From Cyanophora paradoxa CCMP329 (lineage: Eukaryota; Plantae; Glaucophyta): 64,000 nucleotides of DNA. Below the pieces are notes generated by a model, which was not told where the DNA came from, did not search any database, and saw only the letters and a program-made list of their open reading frames with translations. The DNA is taken from NCBI GenBank assembly GCA_004431415.1, contig QPMI01000241.1, positions 62,001 through 126,000 on the forward strand. The letters run 5' to 3'. The position numbers and the translations under genes were made by a program. Every line of letters starts with the position of its first letter. Within the stretch, counting starts at the first letter, position 1. Positions 57,910-64,000 of this stretch are shown one piece after another.

Positions 57910-59802
57910 ATGCGCAGCCCGCGAGCTTCGGCGGGGGGCCTTCGCGGCCGGTTGGAGTGTCAGCTGCACGCCGCAAAGGGCCTGAACGAGCTCTCGAAGC
58001 CCTTCTTCAACCTGCGAGTGCGCGGACCGGATCGCTCGATGATGCGCCGCGCGCAGCACAACGGGGCCGGCGTTGATCGATCTCTCGCAGGTTGGCTACT
58101 CACAACGACAGAGCGGCCTCGGCAGTCCGGTCCCGGCCAACTCCAGCCCGGCGACGGTGCACCCCAACGATGCCGTCCCCATGGGCGCTGTCTTCAGCTG
58201 GGATGAGCGTGAGCACTGCCGTTGGCATTCTTACGTGTGCTATTATAACGGAGCGAGAGCAGACTTCCGTTTCGACGTCTCCGCTCTGACCGAGCCTGTG
58301 CTCTACATCAGGCGAGCACCGGCCGGCCGTTTCGGAACGCCCCGAGGGCGGCTAACCGCGCGGCACGCAGCCTGTGGGACGCAGCGACGGGGAAGCAAAC
58401 GACGCGCATGGAGCTCGACTTCCAGAAGATGGCGAGCCGCGACCCGCCGAAGGTACCGTCCCCGCCGCACCCCCGCCTCGCCCCGCGCGCGCGCGTGGCT
58501 CACGGGGCGGGCCCCGCAGGCCGATCTGTGGGTAGGCCCGCGCCGAGCTCCGCGGCGCCGCGGCGCCGGGCAGCGCCGCCGCCTCACGCGCCTCAGATCC
58601 CCCTCGTGGCGCTGACGCGGGAGCAAGCCTCGCCGGGCTCAAGCGGGGCGGCCCCGGGCCCCGCCCCCGTCTGCGGCACCGTCCGCATGTCCTTCGGTGC
58701 CGCACCTCCCGCAACGGCCGCGGATCCGTACCCCTCACGCGCCGCGCCGCGCCGCGCCAACCGCCAGAGTTCCACCACAGCGCGGAGGGGACGCCGCGGC
58801 TGCCGTCGCCGCGCGACCTCTTCCCGCTGATGCCCGTCGCCTCCGAGGCGCCCTTCACGCTCGTGACCGCCCCGTGCGGCGAGCCCGAGCAGGCGCACGC
58901 CCCCGTCCCCGCCGCCGCCTTCCCCCCCTCGCCCCAGCGCGGCCTCCCGCGGCGGCCCGACCTCCCCTCGCCCCTCCGCGTCGTCGCCTCCCGCCGACCG
59001 TCCAGGACGACCTGGAGGCGGCGCGGGCGGCGGCGGGGAGCCCGCCGGCGGAGCCCGGCACGCCCGAGCGCATCCAGTCGGCCGCCACGTCGCCCCCGCC
59101 CAAGCAGCGGCCCTCGCCGAGCCGCTGCAGCCCGTCCGGCGACCTCGACGGCTGCGAGCGCGCCTTCTCCTCGTCCGCCAGCGCCCTCACGTGCGCCCGC
59201 GCCCCGCCCCGCCCCGCCGGCCGACTCTTTCCCCCGCCCGCGCGCTCCGACGCGGCCCCCCCGCAGGCCGCGCAAGCACCGGGCCCTGCTCGAGTCCAGG
59301 CTCCGCGGCCGTGCCGGCGCCAGCTCCACGCCGCCTCCTGCCGGCGGTCCGCCCCGCGCCCCGCCGCGCCCCGCCGGCGCGCCCCGCGGCTGAGGCCGGC
59401 GCGGCAGGGTGCGCCCCGGCGTGGTGCGAGCGGCATGGGTGCACCTCTCCGCCCCGCGTCGACGTGCGGCCCCCGGCCTACCGGCAGGCCCTCCCCCGCC
59501 CCTGCGCCTGACGGCGGGCGCAGGCGCTGAGCGGCATCCTCCTCCCCGCCTGCCTCGGGGGCGCCTGCTTCGGGCCCTCCCGGGGCGTCCCCGCCCGCGG
59601 GCGCGCCCCGGAGGCCAACCCGGGGAAGGACCCGGCGGCCCTCGAGGCGCCGGGCACGCCGGCCTCGGCGGCGGCAACGGCGGCGGCGACGCCGAGGACG
59701 CCGGGGAGCCCGGAGGGGGCGGCGGGGCGGGGGCGGGGTAGAGGCCGCCGATCTCGAGCCGGAGGGCGCCTGGGCCGCCGAGCGCCTCTTCAGGAACCTG
59801 TA
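57910..59802 (+). CDS. C2-domain-like protein with a Pro-rich C-terminal region
   Basis: GRLECQLHAAKGL...KPFFNL|VG...VFSWD|DFRFDVSALTEPVLYI|SLWD...WIPL...GTVRMSF follows C2 strand order. The start and 3' exons are uncertain. Confidence 0.6.
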
Positions 59803-60104
59803 GCAGCCAGCGCTGGGGCCCGACACCCCCCCCCCCCCCCCCCCCCCCCCCCCCGCCTTCTTTTCCGCTCTAGACCTCCCGTGTGGCTCCTCTCGCCCGC
59901 CCCTTCCCGGCCCGTCGCCTGCTCGGCCACCTTGTCTGCCTTCTTTGAAACGGATCGCGTTGAATCACTACAGCGCCGCATCAGAGACGGGGCGGGTCAG
60001 CCGGCGCGGCGGCGGGGGTGCGGGGGGCGGCGAGGCGGGCCAGAGCGGCCTCGACGGCGGGCAGGGGGCGGCCCGCCCAGGCGGCGTCGACCGCGATGCC
60101 GGCT

Positions 60105-61952
60105 TTAAAGCGCGCCGCCCGCGGCGGGTCCGCCGCTATCGCGTCGAGGGCCGCCGCCGTCTCCGCCTCCCGCCAGCTGCGCGCCGGCCGGATCGCATCC
60201 GCAGGGGCCGGTTGAGGGGGCGGCGCGGCGGGCGAATTCGAAGGGCGCGCACGATCTCTCGAGGCTGAGCTTGACCTTGACGCCGGCTGGCAGAGTGAGG
60301 AGGGCCCCGAGCACGTCGCCTGCGCGCGGGCGCGGGTCAGGCAGGGCGGGCCGAGGGGGCCCACGGGGGCGGCGCACCGGGGGAGACGCCCTCGAGCTTG
60401 CAGAGGAGGACGAGGGAGCGCAGGGTGGGTACGTGCGCCCCGCCTGCGCCCGAGGGGAGGAGGGTACGGCATCGATATCACGAGCGACCGAGGAGAGCCG
60501 CTCGGGTCCCGGGCCCGGGCGCACCGACGAGCCACTGCAGCGTCGGCGGGCGGAGCGGCGAGCCGTAGATGGTGAGCCTGCGCTCGGGGCGAAGGCGTCC
60601 CGGGTCAGGGCGGGGCGGCCGCGGGCGGCCGGGCACGCGGCGCGGGGCGGACCGCTGGAGCCCGGCGAAGGCGCCCTCGGGCCAGGCCTCGGGGAGGGCG
60701 CAGGCGTGGAGCTCGAGGCAGGGCGTCTGGGGCGCCTCGGGGCTGCCGTGCGGGAGCCGCCCCGGCCGCACGATCGCCGCCAGGGCCTCGCCGGCGCCGC
60801 GCTCCGCCAGGTCGGAGCCGTGCAGCTCGACGCGGCCGAAGCGGAGCGGGCGGGCGGCGAGGGGCCGGAGGAAGGGCAGGGCGGGGAGTGTGCCCCCGCC
60901 GAGGCCCGCCTCGAGGCGAAGAGCGAAGCAGGCGCGGAGGGCGGGGAGGGCGGCCAGCGCCGCTTCCAGGCGGGCCGCGTCGCGCGGCGAGCCCGGCCAC
61001 AGGCGCCACTCCGCGTGCAGGTACTCCACCCGCGCGTGCGCGAGGAATGGCGCCTGCGCGCGCGCCGCGTCAGCGAGGCTCCACCGGCTGGAAGGGGGGC
61101 GGGCGGGCGGCGCGCCTCGGAGAGCTCGGGGAGGTAGACGAGGATGCCGTCGTCGCACTCGACGATCAGCTCGCGCAGGCCCGGCAGGGGCGACTCGGGG
61201 CCCCCGATGGCGGCGCCCAGCAGCCAGAGGAAGGCCTCCGTCATCGCCGCCCGCTCAGTGTAGTAGCTGTCTGCGCGCGCGGGGCGCATCGGCGGGGCGG
61301 GGCGGGCGGGCGGGCGGCGGGGCGGGCGGGGCCGGGGCGCACGCGGGTCGAAGGCGAGGGCGACGTGGAGGCGCTCGAGGGAGCGCGGGGCCGCCTCGAG
61401 GGCCCCAGCGCCTCGTCCGTCCCGAGGGCGCGGAGGGGCCGCCGTCGTCCCTCGCGCCCCCGCGGCCCCGCCGCGCCTGCTCGAGGCGCAGGTGGAGCCG
61501 CAGGCGGCGGAGGCCCGCGCAGACGGGGAGCGCGAGCACGTCGGCCGCCGAGCGCGGCGCGCCGCCGCCGCCGCTGCCGCGCATCAGATCGTGCCGGCGC
61601 GCGCGTGCGCGCGCGCGCGCGCGGCGGAGGCGGCGCACTCCGCCCCTTCTTGCGGCTCCTCTTCCACCACACAGCCGTAGGCACCGCGTTGGTCCGCGTC
61701 GGACTCGCCCACGCGCCGCGGGACTCGCAGATCGAGGGACTCCGAATGCGGCGCTTGCGACGCCGCGGCGCGCCACTGCCTGCACGCCGCCGCAGCCCTG
61801 CAGCGCTCACGCGCGTCGAGGAAGCTGAGGCACAGGCTCAGCAGCTCCCGCGGCAGGTCTCCGATGCCGGCGCCGGCCTCGACGCCGGGCGCGCGCGGAG
61901 GAGCAGCCGCGGGCGCCGTTCCATCGACGTTCTCTGGCTCGCGATCGTTCAT
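60105..61952 (-). CDS. F-box protein with a Leu/Ala-rich C-terminal region
   Basis: F-box motif IGDLPRELLSLCLSFLDARERCRAAAACRQWRAAA (~61765-61865). The stop is at 60105 or 59981 depending on the last-exon frame. Confidence 0.8.
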
Positions 61953-62332
61953 CCTGCCGTTGTGCTCAGCCAGCTTGGATCGACCGCGGCTGCTTGTGGC
62001 GAACTGAACCGTCGGACACCGGCCCGCTTGGCTTGCTGCAACCACATGTACATCCACAGCGCTTGCAGCGATCGTCGACGGCGCCCGGCGTTAGGTCGAC
62101 TGCAAGTACTCTGCAACGCACTTGGGCGGGCACCGGGCCGCACGGGACCAGCCTGCTTGCCAGCGTTGCGTTATCCCCCGCATGTCTTCCCCCGCTTCGG
62201 GCCAACTTGCACACATGCTGTACCCGTCAAGCGGCCTTGTATAAAAGGCGCACAGATCCACCAGATCTCCGCTATCGAAGCACACCCAACAGCGACCACA
62301 ACCGCGAGAAGAGCAACCGTACAACTAGCGCG

Positions 62333-64000
62333 ATGAAGTTTGCCAAGTTTGTCGGGGAGCCTGGTGAGCCCGTGGCCCGCCGACGGCGCGATATCCGCGT
62401 GACGTGGCGCCCCCCCGCCCGCGTCCAGTCGACGATCGCACGCTCAAGATGCTCCAGCACACCGATCTGCATGCTATCTGTGCGCCGCGCGCCTCCCTCG
62501 GCCCGGATCGGCCATTCCGCTGTTGCGTACGTGCCCGATCCGATCCGACCCTCTCGCCAGGCAAACACAAGCACATCGAGGCGACGTCAGACAAGGAGGC
62601 CATCGAGAAGATCAAGGGAAGTCTGTGGAACGAGCTCCCCAAGGCGCGCTTGCCCACCCTGATCCGGTTTGGTGACGCTGACGGCAATCCGTGCAGGAGG
62701 TCTTGGCGGAGATCTGCATTGTGCTCGGCGCGAAGATGAACAGCTGGGACACGCGCGAAGACATTCTCCAGAGGATCTGCCACATCAAGACGCACAACTG
62801 CGACGGACAGGACTGCCGGCACGGCTCTGAGAGCGGCTCGTCCGAGGGAGCGAGCCCCGCGCTAGAGGGAGAGGAAGCCAACGTGCTCGACGAGGAGTGC
62901 GACGAGTCCTCAGTAGGTTTGCCAGACGCGAAACCCCACCGCTTGCGGCGTTTCCCCAACGACCGATTCGCTCTCTGCTCGCAGGCGACGCGGAGTACGA
63001 TGAGTTCTACAACGAGGCGGTGATTGATTGCCTTACGGCCGAGGAAACACAGGTGCTCCCAAGCTTGCCGCGCGATCAGACTTTGGATCAAATTCTGACT
63101 CGAGACCGCAGAATGGCCTGAACGTCGCATGGGACGAGAAGCTGCGGGAAGAGGTGATCTTCCCCTTCGTTGCTCGCCACAGCGGCCACGAGGTGCGCTC
63201 GATCTATAGCCGCTCCCCCGCTTTGCCCTCGGCCGCTTTCGGGACCAGGGGTCCGGGTCGGGCCGGGGGCCCGGGCCGCACCGTCCGTGTGTGCCGCGGC
63301 TCTGCCGCGGTCTCTGCGGGCCGTGTTCCCGCCACGGAGACCTCTGTTTCAGAAGACGTGCCGCTGCGCGCCCGCGTTCCTGACCCCGACGCGCCCTCAG
63401 CTGTGGCCGCCCCTCTGCCGTGCGCGACGCGCGCCACCGCGACTGCAACGCGGGCAGGGGGCGCTGGAGCAAGTCGAAGCCTGGAGCCGGCCCGCTTCTC
63501 GGGCCGGCGGAGACTGGGAGCGGCCCCGGGACGGGCGGGATAGACGCCAGCCAGGGAGGAGAGGCGAAAGGAGAGACCATCTAGCTCGACGCCCCCGCTC
63601 CATCGGCACAGCCCGTCCTAGCCGCGACCCCAGCCACAGCCCGCCACGCCCGCCCCCACTCACACTCCCTTGCACACCTTTCATCCAAGCCCCGGCCCTT
63701 TCCGCCCGCCCACGCCTCCGCATCACTCCGCTTTCTTTTCTTTCCTTTTCCTCGCGGCTCGCGCCTGCGGCGCCTCGTTCTCACGCGGCGGCGGCCAGAT
63801 CAGCGTGACGGGCTTCGTCAAGGGTGAGAACCCGCCGGTGCACGTCGAGGCCGTCAGCAAGAGCGACGGCAAGACCATGCGGCCCCGCCTCGCCGACGTC
63901 CAGGTGCGCGGCCCGCGTGGCCCTCTTTCCCCGTCCCCCGAGCTCCGCTCACGCTTCCACCGCAGTTTGTGAAGCCCTTCCCGAAGGGGTACAAGTGGAT
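62333..64000 (+). CDS. Hypothetical protein (multi-exon, 3'-partial)
   Basis: Exons MKFAKFVGEP|VDDRTLKMLQHTDLHAI|GKHKHIEATSDKEAIEKIKGSLWNELPK...|EVLAEICIVLGAKMNSWDTREDILQRIC...|NGLNVAWDEKLREEVIFPFVARHSGHE. Further exons at about 63800-64000 run off the window, and their linkage to the earlier exons is uncertain. Confidence 0.55.

Noticed and set aside
1-64000. tRNA, rRNA or prokaryotic operon features
   Set aside because: None recognisable by eye, and the genes are spliceosomal-intron-rich; a covariance-model scan would be needed to exclude small ncRNAs.

Overview
Very GC-rich, gene-dense eukaryotic nuclear DNA (alga/protist-like; organism not determinable) with many short introns. Most ORF-track entries are exon fragments or GC-rich shadow ORFs, so I rebuilt gene models by hand. 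Host genes: a large beta-propeller/EGF-like protein (5'-partial), a WD40-RING protein, a giant membrane-anchored subtilisin with seven repeated beta-sandwich modules and (Ser-Pro)n linkers, an NT-C2 coiled-coil protein, an FN3-like type I membrane protein, exportin-T, a C2-domain protein, an F-box protein and three hypothetical genes. The main finding is an apparently complete 14.3-kb Helitron-like rolling-circle transposon on the minus strand (6966-21221, HLE2/Helitron2 type). It has 15-bp inverted repeats at its ends, a 3' hairpin followed by CTAG, a T|T target and no TSD. It carries three co-oriented spliced genes: RepHel, an RPA70-like OB-fold ssDNA-binding protein, and an intact 719-aa 2OG-Fe(II) dioxygenase with TET/JBP-type motifs, which suggests a transposon encoding its own DNA base-oxidising enzyme. 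Also present are a 5'-truncated non-LTR retro-insertion with a 14-bp TSD, frequent GC-AG introns in host genes, and palindrome-packed intergenic DNA. All family assignments are by motif recognition; no database searches were run.
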